A DNA stretch of 64,000 nt from Bacteroidales bacterium (GTDB lineage: Bacteria > Bacteroidota > Bacteroidia > Bacteroidales > GCA-2748055): positions 361 to 64,360 of the forward strand of contig JAFGWU010000025.1 of the NCBI GenBank assembly GCA_016936975.1, written 5' to 3'. The position numbers and the translations under genes were made by a program. Numbering within the stretch: the first letter of the stretch is position 1; the number at the start of each line of letters is the position of its first letter. The notes beneath the pieces were generated by a model, which was given only the letters and a program-made list of their open reading frames with translations, made no database searches and was not told the DNA's origin. Below, piece after piece: positions 37,819 to 50,261 of this stretch.

Positions 37819-38790
37819 TTAATCCTGGTCCGCCTGATCATTCACAACTTCCATATCAAAAACCAGGGTCTCGCAGGGAGGAATGGAAACCTTTCCGTTG
37901 TAGTTTAATTTCCCGGCTTCTCCGTATCCAAGTGGATAGGGTATTATGAGCCTGCCCTTTCCTCCTCTTTTAAAGCAGGTCAGTCCCAGTTCCCATCCAC
38001 TGATTACCTTGCCTTTTCCAATGGTTACCTCCAGTGTATCGCCTCCCACATTAGTGTCAAAAACCCGCTGGTCCATAAGGTATCCTGTATAGATCACACG
38101 AACCACCGTATCATTCGCAATCTCAAATCCGGATCCTTCTTTATCTTCGATATAATACAGTGTGGCCCCGATCTCCTCATCGAATTTCCCGGTGATTTTT
38201 GAATCCGGGACCGTATCAAGGTATTCATTGATACGGCTCGATTCATAGGTATCAATATCACCCAGAACCTTCATCAGGTGAACATCATAAATAAGTGATG
38301 TATAGGGATTCACCAGGGAGGTCCCCTTCGACCCGAAACCGAGGTCACTTGTGAACATGAGTCTTGTCTTACCGCCCTCTTTCATAGTGGACAGGCCCTC
38401 CTTCAGTCCCCTCAATTCCTGTCCGTGCATGAATTTATAGGAGCCGTAAAGCACATCTTTTTCATAAAGGCCATGTTCAATGGCCACCTTCTCATAGTAA
38501 GTATCCAGAACTGCACCGGTGGTTTTGTCAGAGGGGATGGAAGAGATTACATAATTGATCAGCACCCAGTCACCGGAATCGGGAACGGGCCCGGACCCTT
38601 CCTCAATGAGTTTAATATAAAGCCCGCTCTCAGTGGGAGATAATCCGGGATAGTGAGAGGTTATATACAGATCAAAATAGCGTTTCTCATTCTCGGCTTT
38701 TGATTGACCTTCATCTTTCTCACAGGAGTGAAAAAGCATTCCGAATGCCAATACGAGCCCGATTATTGAAATATATTCATAAACCTTCAT
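37819..38790 (-). CDS. Two-domain FKBP-type peptidyl-prolyl isomerase, lipoprotein
   Basis: Lipobox HSC; TESGLY...GLKEGL...LGFG and VISGWELG...IIPYPLGYG. Confidence 0.87.
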   Translation of the reverse strand: MKVYEYISIIGLVLAFGMLFHSCEKDEGQSKAENEKRYFDLYITSHYPGLSPTESGLYIKLIEEGSGPVPDSGDWVLINYVISSIPSDKTTGAVLDTYYEKVAIEHGLYEKDVLYGSYKFMHGQELRGLKEGLSTMKEGGKTRLMFTSDLGFGSKGTSLVNPYTSLIYDVHLMKVLGDIDTYESSRINEYLDTVPDSKITGKFDEEIGATLYYIEDKEGSGFEIANDTVVRVIYTGYLMDQRVFDTNVGGDTLEVTIGKGKVISGWELGLTCFKRGGKGRLIIPYPLGYGEAGKLNYNGKVSIPPCETLVFDMEVVNDQADQD

Positions 38791-38896
38791 TATGCATTAC
38801 TTTACCATATTTGCAATCAAGAATCACGTTTCTCAGGGCACTCATGTTTCAGACCGGTATCTGAAACCTGCATGCAAAATTAGCAGAAAATTGCAG

Positions 38897-39430
38897 TTAA
38901 TTCACCCTGAGCACCCTCACTTTATATATTATAACTGAATTGCCCGGGATCTTATTATGATCCCCGAAATTTCCATGGCCCATGTGCGGGGGAATAATGA
39001 AAACGGCAGAATCTCCTCCTTTCAGTTTAAGTATTCCTTCCGTCACACCCGCCATCACGTTCCCCTTTCCGGCAATGATGGTTTCGGTCTTTCCCGGAGG
39101 GGTTTCATAGCATAATGTTCCATCCAGCAACAGGGATGATTGGGTGAGTGTCACCCTGCTGTTCATTTCAACAGATTTTCCCCGGCCTTCCTCAATAACA
39201 TTGAACCAGAGCCCTGTGGGTGTCTGTTCCATCGTCCATCCCACCCGGTTGATAAAGGCCCTGATATGATCCTGGTGTTTATCCTGCAGATACCTGTTCA
39301 AATCGAGGAACTTTTCCTCAACCGGGTCCGGACCTTTCTCTTGCGACTCCTGAACCGGAGTGGTGCAGGCAATAACCGGACCGGCCATAAACAGATAAAT
39401 CAGATTACGCTTTACCCAATGCTTCTTCAT
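38897..39430 (-). CDS. FKBP-type peptidyl-prolyl isomerase (GldI-like position)
   Basis: TPTGLW, GVTEGI and IIPPHMGHG...KIPGNS. Confidence 0.85.
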   Translation of the reverse strand: MKKHWVKRNLIYLFMAGPVIACTTPVQESQEKGPDPVEEKFLDLNRYLQDKHQDHIRAFINRVGWTMEQTPTGLWFNVIEEGRGKSVEMNSRVTLTQSSLLLDGTLCYETPPGKTETIIAGKGNVMAGVTEGILKLKGGDSAVFIIPPHMGHGNFGDHNKIPGNSVIIYKVRVLRVN

Positions 39431-40439
39431 ACTCCGGCAGTAAGTTTACAAACTTCTCTATACACTCTTTCATGGAGTCCTTAAGTTCTCCCCCGGCGGC
39501 GTTCAGATGTCCGCCTCCGTTAAAATGCTTTTCAGCAAATTCGTTTGCCGGAAAATTGCCTTTCGAGCGAAAGGAAACTTTAATAATATTCCTTTTTTCA
39601 ATAAAAAGGGCTGTAAAACGGATACCGTCAATTGAGAGGGGAATATTCACGAATCCCTCCGTATCCCCTTTTCTGTAATTAAATCTTCTCAGCTCAGCAG
39701 ATGAAAGAGCAATATATGCTGTATTATATTCCGGCAGGACGACCATCTTGTGGTGCAGACAGTATCCCATCAGTCTCATCCGGTCTGCGGAGAAGTTTTC
39801 ATAAACTTTGGCATAAATCTCATCCTTATCGATTGGAAACTGCATGAGTTCCCCTGCTATATGAAAGATCTCCGGGTAGGAACAACCATATCTAAAATTT
39901 CCTGTATCGGTCATTATAGCCACGTAGAGTGCCGTAGCAATGTCCTTATCCAGGATGTCATTACCGAATACCTTCTTAATAAAGAGGTAAATCATCTCCC
40001 CGGCGGAACCTCTCCATGGTTCTGAATAAGTAATATCCGCAAAATCGGAAGGATCCCGGTGGTGATCAATTAATACTTTCAGGGCGGCGGATTGCTTTAC
40101 CATCTCGCCAACAGCATTTATCCTGTCGGGATCGTTAAAATCGAGGCAAAAGATTATTTTTGCCTCAGAGAGCATTCCTGTTACGGCGGATTGATTGTCC
40201 TTGTGAATGGTGATAAGATCGTTTCCAGGCAGCCATTCGAGGAAGACGGGAATGGCATCAGGAATAATTATATTTACAGGAATGTTCGATTTTCTGAGAG
40301 CAAGACCCAGGGCTATACTTGAACCAACAGCATCCCCGTCGGGATTGGAATGCGTCAGGATAACCACCGGCTCTCTCTTATCAATTATATTTACAATCTT
40401 TTTTATTTTCTTTGAATCCATCTTACCTAAAAGGTTCAT
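39405..40439 (-). CDS. nrnA: DHH/DHHA1 phosphoesterase (nanoRNase/pAp phosphatase)
   Basis: HSNPDGDA, DHH, DTGNF and SFRS...GGGHLNAAG; TATCTTTG box upstream. Confidence 0.88.
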   Translation of the reverse strand: MNLLGKMDSKKIKKIVNIIDKREPVVILTHSNPDGDAVGSSIALGLALRKSNIPVNIIIPDAIPVFLEWLPGNDLITIHKDNQSAVTGMLSEAKIIFCLDFNDPDRINAVGEMVKQSAALKVLIDHHRDPSDFADITYSEPWRGSAGEMIYLFIKKVFGNDILDKDIATALYVAIMTDTGNFRYGCSYPEIFHIAGELMQFPIDKDEIYAKVYENFSADRMRLMGYCLHHKMVVLPEYNTAYIALSSAELRRFNYRKGDTEGFVNIPLSIDGIRFTALFIEKRNIIKVSFRSKGNFPANEFAEKHFNGGGHLNAAGGELKDSMKECIEKFVNLLPEYEEALGKA

Positions 40440-40519
40440 TCCGGAAGGAAATTAAAGACAAAGATATCAGATATCGTTTAACAATGGACAAAATTACTTT
40501 TTAACATAATTTAAAACTG

Positions 40520-40951
40520 ATGCAAAAATCAATGAACGGGAGATACACACTGACCATCGTCAAACCAAGGGCTGTCGAGAAAGGCTATACCGCCCCGATT
40601 CTGAATATGATCCATGAAGGCGGATTCAGGATATCCGCCTTGAAGATGCTAAGGTTCAACCGCGATGATGCCGAACGGTTTTACGAGGTTCACAGGGGCA
40701 GACCGTTTTACGAGGGTCTGATTGAGTTTATGATATCCGGACCAATCGTTGTGGCCATCCTGGAAAAGGAGCATGCGGTTGAGGATTTCAGAAAGCTGAT
40801 CGGCAATACCGATCCGGCCCTGGCAGAGGAAGGGACCATTCGGAAACTCTATGCAGAATCGGTGAGATCCAATGCGGTACATGGTTCTGATTCCGATGAA
40901 AACGCCGCCCGTGAAGCATCCTTCTTTTTTTCAACTGCAGAAAGGTTCTGA
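40520..40951 (+). CDS. ndk: Nucleoside diphosphate kinase
   Basis: TLTIVKP, FYEVH..RPF, GTIR and NAVHGSDS. Confidence 0.95.
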   Translation: MQKSMNGRYTLTIVKPRAVEKGYTAPILNMIHEGGFRISALKMLRFNRDDAERFYEVHRGRPFYEGLIEFMISGPIVVAILEKEHAVEDFRKLIGNTDPALAEEGTIRKLYAESVRSNAVHGSDSDENAAREASFFFSTAERF

Positions 40952-40953
40952 TC

Positions 40954-41244
40954 CTATCTCAATACTATATCATCAATCACACTTTTTCCGGCAGCTGCAT
41001 TCAGACGGGCAATCAGGGATTCTTTCATCATGGATAACTCATTCCTGATAACCGACGAATGGAGAGTAACAATCAGCTTTCGGTTCCTCACCGAGAGATC
41101 CCTGGTCTTCTTACTGACCGACACACCCAGCAGCTCGCGCCATGACTTCATAATTCTGTATTCAGCCAATCCGTCTTCCAGGTTGTAGGCCCGAACATAC
41201 TCCTCCAGCAGAGAATTTATTTTTTTGACTTCTTTTCGTTCCAT
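40954..41244 (-). CDS. DUF721/DciA family protein
   Basis: W.ELLG...SSVIRNEL pattern; directly downstream of recF. Confidence 0.8.
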   Translation of the reverse strand: MERKEVKKINSLLEEYVRAYNLEDGLAEYRIMKSWRELLGVSVSKKTRDLSVRNRKLIVTLHSSVIRNELSMMKESLIARLNAAAGKSVIDDIVLR

Positions 41245-41251
41245 GGAATGT

Positions 41252-42364
41252 TCAGTTTTTTAATTCTTTAATTTCCCCTTCCGGACCAATCTTATAAACG
41301 AGATGGTCGGCCGGTATCTCCTTCAGGATATCAAATAACCGGTTTTCATTTGTATCGGTAATAAAAATCTGACCGAAATTGTTTTCAGCTACCAGTTTAA
41401 TAATTTGCTTTACCCTGAACTCATCGAACTTATCAAAAATATCATCAAGGAGAAGAATGGGCGGAATGGTCATGGTCTGTCTTATAAACTCAAATTCCGC
41501 AAGCTTCAGTGCCACAAGATAGGTCTTCTGCTGTCCCTGTGATCCCACTTTTTTTAGGGGGTAATCTTCCAGCTGCATATCCAGGTCATCTTTGTGAATG
41601 CCAAACGTGGAATATTGCAGGACGCGGTCTTTTTCTAAAGATTTCCTGATCCCGGAGGGAAAATCCCTGCTATTAAGCTGGGAATGATATTTCAGGCTCA
41701 CCTGCTCCTTCCCTCCGGATACCATCTGGTAATACTCCCTGAAAACGGGAATCATTCGCTCGATAAACTTTGTACGCGCTTCATGAACAGGTATCCCATA
41801 ACGGATCAGCTGTTCATCCCATACCTCAAGCAGGTCTGGTGGAAATCTGCCCGAGGCATTAAAATCCTTTAAGAGCTTGTTCCGCTGGGACAGGGCTCTG
41901 TTGTACTGAATAAGATTTTCGAGATATAAATTGTCATACTGGGCAATTACCCCGTTAATGAATCTTCTCCGCTCTTCACTTCCTCCGTTAATCAATTCTG
42001 TGTCATTAGGGGATATCATTACCAGGGGAAGCAATCCGATGTGTTCCGAGAGCCGGTCATACTCTTTCCCGTTTCGCTTGAACTGCTTCTTCTTCTGATG
42101 TCTGACACTGCAAAAAATATTCTCCTCTTTTTCTTTTCTCACAAAAATGCCCTGAATCACCATAAAATCGCGTTCATGAAGGATATTCTGTGTATCCACG
42201 GGATTCATACTGCTTTTGCACAGCGAGAGGTAGTGGATGGCATCCAGAATGTTTGTCTTTCCAACCCCATTTTCACCGACAAAACAGTTGATCTTTTCGC
42301 TTAATGGAATATCAACCTGTTCATAATTCTTAAAATTCAGAAGGGAGAGCGATTTCAGGTACAT
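41252..42364 (-). CDS. recF: DNA replication/repair protein RecF
   Basis: NFKNY, GENGVGKTN, GSQGQQK and LLLDDIFDK. Confidence 0.95.
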   Translation of the reverse strand: MYLKSLSLLNFKNYEQVDIPLSEKINCFVGENGVGKTNILDAIHYLSLCKSSMNPVDTQNILHERDFMVIQGIFVRKEKEENIFCSVRHQKKKQFKRNGKEYDRLSEHIGLLPLVMISPNDTELINGGSEERRRFINGVIAQYDNLYLENLIQYNRALSQRNKLLKDFNASGRFPPDLLEVWDEQLIRYGIPVHEARTKFIERMIPVFREYYQMVSGGKEQVSLKYHSQLNSRDFPSGIRKSLEKDRVLQYSTFGIHKDDLDMQLEDYPLKKVGSQGQQKTYLVALKLAEFEFIRQTMTIPPILLLDDIFDKFDEFRVKQIIKLVAENNFGQIFITDTNENRLFDILKEIPADHLVYKIGPEGEIKELKN

Positions 42365-42473
42365 GGATCAAGTCATGGATGAGCTACAAATTTAAGTGTT
42401 TATGTGTATTATTTATTTATAAAAAACAATTACTTTTGCGGGTGTTTTTGAGAAATGAAAAAAATTAGGTGAT

Positions 42474-43169
42474 ATGGCAAAGAAAAAGAGTGCACCCCAA
42501 TCTGATAAGAGCCTTGAAGGGATTGAATCCGCGTTAACGCGATCCGAACAGTTTATCGAGGACAATCAAAAGATCCTCACTTACATACTTGCAGGAATCC
42601 TTCTGGTTGTTCTGGCAATTATCGGGGGCAACCGGTATTACTTCAAACCTAAAAACGCTGAAGCCTCTGCCAACATGTACATAGCAGAGCGCTATTTTGA
42701 AATTGATTCTTTCAGCCGGGCACTTTATGGTTATGGCACTTACCCCGGTTTTCTTCAAATCATTGATGATTATGGCATCACCCGCTCTGCCAGGCTGGCT
42801 AAATATTATTCCGGGATTTGTTTTCACAACCTCGGACAGCATCAGGAAGCCGTTGAATACCTGTCGGAATTTAAAACGAGGGATATCCTTGTAGGAGCCG
42901 CTAAATTCAGTACCCTGGGAGATGCCTATGCAGAACTTCAGGATTACAACAGCGCCATTAAGATGTATAAAAAAGGCATTCAGAAATTCGGCAACTCATT
43001 CTCCAGCCCGATTCTTCTCAAAAAGCTTGGGATTCTCTATGAAGAGACCGATGAACTTGATAATGCCCTGAATACTTACCGGGAGATTGAAAAGCGGTAT
43101 TCCGAGAGTCCGGAAGGAAGGGAGATCAAGAAATACATCGGACGTGTCGAGGCGAAATTAACCCTTTAA
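42474..43169 (+). CDS. Membrane-anchored tetratricopeptide repeat protein
   Basis: N-terminal TM and TPR-like helices; conserved position before ribH; TACTTTTG box at 42431-42438. Confidence 0.82.
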   Translation: MAKKKSAPQSDKSLEGIESALTRSEQFIEDNQKILTYILAGILLVVLAIIGGNRYYFKPKNAEASANMYIAERYFEIDSFSRALYGYGTYPGFLQIIDDYGITRSARLAKYYSGICFHNLGQHQEAVEYLSEFKTRDILVGAAKFSTLGDAYAELQDYNSAIKMYKKGIQKFGNSFSSPILLKKLGILYEETDELDNALNTYREIEKRYSESPEGREIKKYIGRVEAKLTL

Positions 43170-43171
43170 CC

Positions 43172-43657
43172 ATGGCTACCAACCTGAAGAACCTGTCGGA
43201 TTATGATCCCGGCAGGATTCCGGATGCATCGAACTTAAAATTCGGGATTGTGGTTTCTGAATGGAATGAGGAGATCACTTCTGCTCTTCTTGAGGGAGCT
43301 GTCAATACCCTCAAAAAACATCAAGCCGCTCCTGAAAATATATTTATTAAAACTGTTCCCGGAAGTTTCGAGCTGACATTCGGAGCACGCATTGTAGCCC
43401 GGAATTATTCACCGGATGCAGTGATATGCCTGGGGTGTGTGATAAAAGGAGAAACCCCCCACTTCAATTATATCTGCCAAAGTGTATCGCAGGGTATTAC
43501 CGAACTCAATCTCGATTATGAGATCCCTTTTATTTTCGGGGTTCTGACAACCAACAATCTAAAGGAGGCCAGAGATAGGGCCGGAGGCAAATACGGGAAT
43601 AAAGGCGACGAAGCAGCCGTAACCGCTATCAAAATGGCTTTGCTCCGCCACGTATAA
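43172..43657 (+). CDS. ribH: 6,7-dimethyl-8-ribityllumazine synthase
   Basis: [23 protein letters not shown] and GNKGDEAA. Confidence 0.95.
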   Translation: MATNLKNLSDYDPGRIPDASNLKFGIVVSEWNEEITSALLEGAVNTLKKHQAAPENIFIKTVPGSFELTFGARIVARNYSPDAVICLGCVIKGETPHFNYICQSVSQGITELNLDYEIPFIFGVLTTNNLKEARDRAGGKYGNKGDEAAVTAIKMALLRHV

Positions 43658-43675
43658 TAAGTCCCGGAAGCTTCC

Positions 43676-45556
43676 CTATCGTTTTCTTCTCTGGACTGCC
43701 TGCTTGCGTGCCTGCTGCTGCTGTTGCTTCTGCAATTCCTCAAGCCTTCTTTGAAATCCCGATTTCTTTTTTGGCTTATCTTTTTTAGCATTGATCTTTT
43801 CAAGAATCTTCTCCTCATCCGTAAATCGCTTGAAAATGGCATTCTGACCCAACGTTATCAGGTTTGCCAGGAAATAGTAGTATGTCAGTGCCGCTGAGAA
43901 ATTATTTAAAATCAACATAAACATCACCGGCATAATATACATCATCGTTTTCATGCCCGGCATCTGGTTGGTTCCTGCAGAAACCTGATTGCTGATCCGC
44001 ATGGAGAGAATGGTTGTAACCGTCATCAGAAGTGTGAACAGACTCACATGATCGCCATACATCGGAATGGTAAAAGGCAGATCGAGGATGGAATCGTAGG
44101 TTGAAAGGTCTTTTGCCCAGAGGAAGCTCTCCTGCCTTAATTCAATCGATGTGGGGAAAAACCTGAACATCGCATAGAGAATCGGCAGTTGAAGCAGCAT
44201 CGGCAGGCATCCCCCCATCGGATTGGCGCCTGCTCGTTTATAGAGGTCCATGACAGCCTGCTGTTTTTTCATGGCATCCTCCTTCTTCGGATATTTTTCA
44301 TTTATCTCATCCACCTGGGGTTTAAGTACCCGCATCACAGCCTGAGACTTATAGGACCGGTAGGTAAGGGGAAACAGGGCGACCTTAAGAATAATGGTAA
44401 GCAGAAGGATGATGATGCCAAAATTGGCGATCCAGTTGCTCAGCCAGTTAAATATGGGGATAATGACCCATTCATTCAGCCATCGTATCATAGAACCTCC
44501 AACGGTAACCACATTCTCAAGCTTCAGATCTTCATAACTCTTAAGGGTTTTATGGTGATTGGGACCTAAGTACAGATTCATGGAGAGCGTCTCTTCCGGG
44601 GAGTTATTAAAGGGAAGATCCACACTTGCAGAAAACCGGCGGATGTATTTGCCGGGATCGGCAAACCTTTCCTGCACCATATATGCCCCTTCAAAGTAAT
44701 CACCGGCTATGATAATCGATGAAAAGAACTGGTGGCTGAAAGCAATCCATTTTAACCGGGTGGTTACGGTTTCCTCCTGTATCTCCTTTTTCGTTCTTGA
44801 GCTGAAACTTTCAACATCCCCATCATGGTAACGGTAATACAGGGTAGTATAATTGCTTTCATTCTGGAAACCCCTTTCGGTAGAGGGGGCATAAAATTCC
44901 CAGTTGAACTGGATCTGGTCGGTCCTGTAAGTGTTCATTCCTATGAACCTGATATCGAAATCAATCATGTACTGGCCTTCAATCAGACGGTAGATATAGT
45001 CAATATGCGCCGTTTCAGTTATATTGAGACGCATCGTAAGCTGTTGCACATTTCCCCGGGAGTCGGTATAGGACTCCTCTATTGGTTCAAAAAAAAGTTC
45101 CCCTGTGTTGATCCGCCTGTTATCAGCAAAAAACTGAAGGGAGAAAATTGTGGAATCCCCGTCGAACAAGATCAGCGGCAGGGAATCATGCGTTTGATAA
45201 TTCTTCAGGTTTACCCTGTAGGGGCGGCCTCCCTGAGTAGAAAAAGAAATTTCCATAAGATCGTTTTCCATGACGATCTTTTCTTCCTCACCTACTGAAC
45301 TTCCTGCAAAATCGCCCAGCTCACGGACCCTCTGGTCCAACTGTGATTCCTGTTCCACAATGGTATCGCGCAGTTCCGGAACAAACGCTTCCTGCTGCAG
45401 TGTGGTTGTTTCCGGTTTAAGTTGCTCAATCCGGGCAATTGAATCCAATCGTCTCCTCTCCTCTGCCTGTCTATCCCTGGCCGGTTTTGTAAAGATGCTG
45501 TACCCGATAAGTATCAGCCCAATCAACACCAGTCCGATTATAGAGTTCCTGTCCAT
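43676..45556 (-). CDS. yidC: Membrane protein insertase YidC
   Basis: NPMGGCLPMLLQLP and FLWAKDLS; start placed at MDRNSIIG because a TACTTTTG -7 box lies inside the longer ORF-track extension. Confidence 0.93.
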   Translation of the reverse strand: MDRNSIIGLVLIGLILIGYSIFTKPARDRQAEERRRLDSIARIEQLKPETTTLQQEAFVPELRDTIVEQESQLDQRVRELGDFAGSSVGEEEKIVMENDLMEISFSTQGGRPYRVNLKNYQTHDSLPLILFDGDSTIFSLQFFADNRRINTGELFFEPIEESYTDSRGNVQQLTMRLNITETAHIDYIYRLIEGQYMIDFDIRFIGMNTYRTDQIQFNWEFYAPSTERGFQNESNYTTLYYRYHDGDVESFSSRTKKEIQEETVTTRLKWIAFSHQFFSSIIIAGDYFEGAYMVQERFADPGKYIRRFSASVDLPFNNSPEETLSMNLYLGPNHHKTLKSYEDLKLENVVTVGGSMIRWLNEWVIIPIFNWLSNWIANFGIIILLLTIILKVALFPLTYRSYKSQAVMRVLKPQVDEINEKYPKKEDAMKKQQAVMDLYKRAGANPMGGCLPMLLQLPILYAMFRFFPTSIELRQESFLWAKDLSTYDSILDLPFTIPMYGDHVSLFTLLMTVTTILSMRISNQVSAGTNQMPGMKTMMYIMPVMFMLILNNFSAALTYYYFLANLITLGQNAIFKRFTDEEKILEKINAKKDKPKKKSGFQRRLEELQKQQQQQARKQAVQRRKR

Positions 45557-45664
45557 AATAAACTTTTTTGTATTTCCGCCACAAAAGTAATGGTTTACAG
45601 AATAAAACCCCTGCATTTGGATTTAAATTCTGTAAATCTTCGGTAAAAATTGGGAATCACCTTT

Positions 45665-47308
<1,644 letters not shown>

Positions 47309-47312
47309 CTAT

Positions 47313-49388
47313 TCAATTTTCATTCTCCATATCATCCAGGATCCTTATTTTCTCTTCAAGCAGTTTGATTCGCATATGGGCCTCATCTATTTTTTCCTGG
47401 AACCCATTAATGGTATCCTGGGAGCTCTTTGATTCTTTGAAGAAGCCTATATTGTTCTCCCAGACACCTATATCACTCTTTAACTGCTGCAGCCGGTTTA
47501 CAAGTTTATCACGCTCGAATCTGATCTTCATTTCAGATCTCGGAGACTGCAGAATATTTCCGATGCGGTTCTTAAAATTCAGTATGCTCCTGTCGTGTTC
47601 ACTGATTCCCATTCGTTTCAGAAGCCTGTCCTGGGCATCCCGGAACTGGTTTTTTATGACATCTTTCATTTCGTTCGGCACAAAACCAATCTCTGCAAAA
47701 CGTTTCTGGAAATCTTCCAATGCCCTCATGTTCTCATCCGATTTACTCTTAACGGCAAATACTTCCATTTCCTGTATAAGATCCTGTTTCAGCTTAAGGT
47801 TATCAGTAAATGTAGTATCAATATCCTCAAAAAAATGTGCTTTTCTGCTGAAAAAATGGTCGCAGGCCAACCTGAAACGTTTCCACAGTCTATCGGATTC
47901 CCTCTTCGGAACAGGGCCAATCTCTTTCCATTTCTTCTGCAGGGCAATCATTTCTGAGGTCGTTGCTTTCCAATCCTCACTTTCTTTAAGGGACTCCGCT
48001 TTTTCTATGATGGCAAGTTTTAATTTCAGATTCTCCTGCTGTTTGGTAAATGTTTCTGCGTAAAATCTGGCCTTCATATCAAAAAAGGCATCACAGGCTC
48101 TTCTGAAACGGGCATAAACGGCATTATTCTCCCTTTTGGGAGCATATCCAATCGATTTCCAAAGCTTCTGCAATTTTATCAGTTCATTGGTTTTTTCAGC
48201 CCAGTCTGCATGGTTTTTGTAATCCAGTGCAGCTATCTTTTCAGCTTTTTCACATAACTCGATTTTTTTTGCCAGGTTTTCCTGCAGCGCCTCTTTCAGC
48301 TTTGAATGATACTCCTGATGTTTTTTATTGATGACGGCGGTTGCGTTTTTGAACCGCTCCCATACCTCCTCTCTGTTTTCCCGGGGAACGGGGCCTATCT
48401 CACGCCACCTGGTGTGATACTTCTGCAATGTTTTAAAGGCATTGATGATGCTTTTCTGCTCATTGAGCTTTTCAGTCCTTTCACATAACTGCAGTTTCAA
48501 TTCCAGGTTTTTCTTCAGGTCCAGGGCCCGCAGTTCCCGGTTTATCCTGACGTAATCATTGAACTTATCAACAAAATAATTATAGTTGTCCCACAGGTCT
48601 TTTACATTTTGCTGGGGAACGATTCCTACTGAAAACCATCGTTTCTGAAGTTCCTTAAACTTCCTGAATGTTTTTTCAAAATTGTCCTGCCCCTCCATCA
48701 ACTCCCGAAAGGCTTCCAGAATCTCATTTTTCTTTTCCAGATTCTGGGTCTTGGTAATTTCTAACTGCTTGTTATATTCTGCCTTAAGACTTTTATATTG
48801 ATCCAGCAGCTCTTTCATCTGTTTCTCTGCCGGGTCCTCAAAAGGCTTAAAATCTTCGATATTGCCTCCTTCATTCAGGAATCGCTTCTTTTTCTCCTCA
48901 AGCTCGGTTTCATGCTTCTTCTGAAAGGCCTCGGTTATATCATCAATATCGATCCTGATTTTTTCCAGGTCCTGACTTTTAATCTTTTCAGCAAAAATCT
49001 TGACGATATCCTCTTTGGAAAGCAATTCATAATTAATCTTCTCCTCCTCGTGCTTCTTTTCCTGATGAACCGTTGCTTCTTCGGTACCGGGAGTCTCACC
49101 ATCCAGCTCATCATAAACTGCGTTACTGGAATTTTCTTCCTCGTCATTTACGAATCCGGAGTCCCTGGAGTCAGACTCTTTTCCTGTATCAATTTCAGGC
49201 TCCTTATCTGATGAACGGGATGGTTGTTTCTCTTCCTGGCCGGAATGATCGGGGGTATCCTTTCCGGATTCTTTATCCGGTACCGGTTGATCCTCTTTTT
49301 CTGAGTTCTCTATGCTTTCTGGTTCTTCGTTATTGCTGATAAAATTTTGATCGTCAAGAGGATTTATTTTATTTTCTGTATGTTTCAT
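47313..49388 (-). CDS. DUF349 domain protein
   Basis: Repeated W..IG.VP...W.RF motifs; acidic disordered N-terminus. Confidence 0.88.
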   Translation of the reverse strand: MKHTENKINPLDDQNFISNNEEPESIENSEKEDQPVPDKESGKDTPDHSGQEEKQPSRSSDKEPEIDTGKESDSRDSGFVNDEEENSSNAVYDELDGETPGTEEATVHQEKKHEEEKINYELLSKEDIVKIFAEKIKSQDLEKIRIDIDDITEAFQKKHETELEEKKKRFLNEGGNIEDFKPFEDPAEKQMKELLDQYKSLKAEYNKQLEITKTQNLEKKNEILEAFRELMEGQDNFEKTFRKFKELQKRWFSVGIVPQQNVKDLWDNYNYFVDKFNDYVRINRELRALDLKKNLELKLQLCERTEKLNEQKSIINAFKTLQKYHTRWREIGPVPRENREEVWERFKNATAVINKKHQEYHSKLKEALQENLAKKIELCEKAEKIAALDYKNHADWAEKTNELIKLQKLWKSIGYAPKRENNAVYARFRRACDAFFDMKARFYAETFTKQQENLKLKLAIIEKAESLKESEDWKATTSEMIALQKKWKEIGPVPKRESDRLWKRFRLACDHFFSRKAHFFEDIDTTFTDNLKLKQDLIQEMEVFAVKSKSDENMRALEDFQKRFAEIGFVPNEMKDVIKNQFRDAQDRLLKRMGISEHDRSILNFKNRIGNILQSPRSEMKIRFERDKLVNRLQQLKSDIGVWENNIGFFKESKSSQDTINGFQEKIDEAHMRIKLLEEKIRILDDMENEN

Positions 49389-49565
49389 AACAGGAAGAGG
49401 ATTAAATTAGGTCGCTTCGGTTAACAAAAACAGGGCAAATTACAACAAATGTCGCAAATTATTAATAAAATAGCACAATTATGATGAAGCCGACCGACTT
49501 TTATCACCTGTTATTAATGGGAAATAACCCCCTGCAGCAGGTTCGGTTTTTTTGAGTGAACAGCC

Positions 49566-50261
49566 ATGATGCGCCTGGATATCATAACGGTTCTGCCGGA
49601 ATTATTTGAGGGTCCATTCAACCATTCAATCCTGAAGCGTGCCCGCGAAAAGAGATTGGTCGACCTGGTTGTTCATAATCTGAGGGATTTTTCTACCGAC
49701 CGTCACAAAAGGGTCGATGATTATCCTTTTGGCGGGGACGCCGGCATGGTACTGAGCATTGAACCCATTGAAAGGGCCCTGAACCATCTGAAGAGCCAGC
49801 GTGCTTACGACGAGATTATTTATACCAGTCCGGACGGATTGCCATTTAACCAGGCAGAAGCAAACAGGCTCTCCACCCTCAAACATATCATCATCCTGTG
49901 CGGCCATTATAAAGGAGTCGACCAGAGGGTCCGCGACCATCTCATTACCAGGGAAATTTCCATCGGAGATTACGTGCTTACCGGAGGAGAGCTTGCTGCA
50001 GCGGTGATTGCAGACAGTGTCATCCGTCTGCTTCCTGGCGTCATATCCGATGAGACCTCCGCCCTGATGGATTCTTTCCAGGACCGACTGCTGGCTCCCC
50101 CGGTTTATACGCGTCCTGCAGATTATAAAGGATGGAAAGTCCCCGAAATACTGCTCTCGGGCCACGCCGGCAAAATCGAAAACTGGCGGTATGAGCAATC
50201 GTTAGAGCGAACCAGAAAACTGAGGCCCGATCTGTTGGAGGAATATCCTGATAAAGATTAA
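49566..50261 (+). CDS. trmD: tRNA (guanine37-N1)-methyltransferase
   Basis: [18 protein letters not shown] and [11 protein letters not shown]. Confidence 0.96.
   Translation: MMRLDIITVLPELFEGPFNHSILKRAREKRLVDLVVHNLRDFSTDRHKRVDDYPFGGDAGMVLSIEPIERALNHLKSQRAYDEIIYTSPDGLPFNQAEANRLSTLKHIIILCGHYKGVDQRVRDHLITREISIGDYVLTGGELAAAVIADSVIRLLPGVISDETSALMDSFQDRLLAPPVYTRPADYKGWKVPEILLSGHAGKIENWRYEQSLERTRKLRPDLLEEYPDKD

Noticed and set aside
45557-45616. 20-aa N-terminal extension of YidC
   Set aside because: It contains the TACTTTTG -7 promoter box; MDRNSIIG is the typical start
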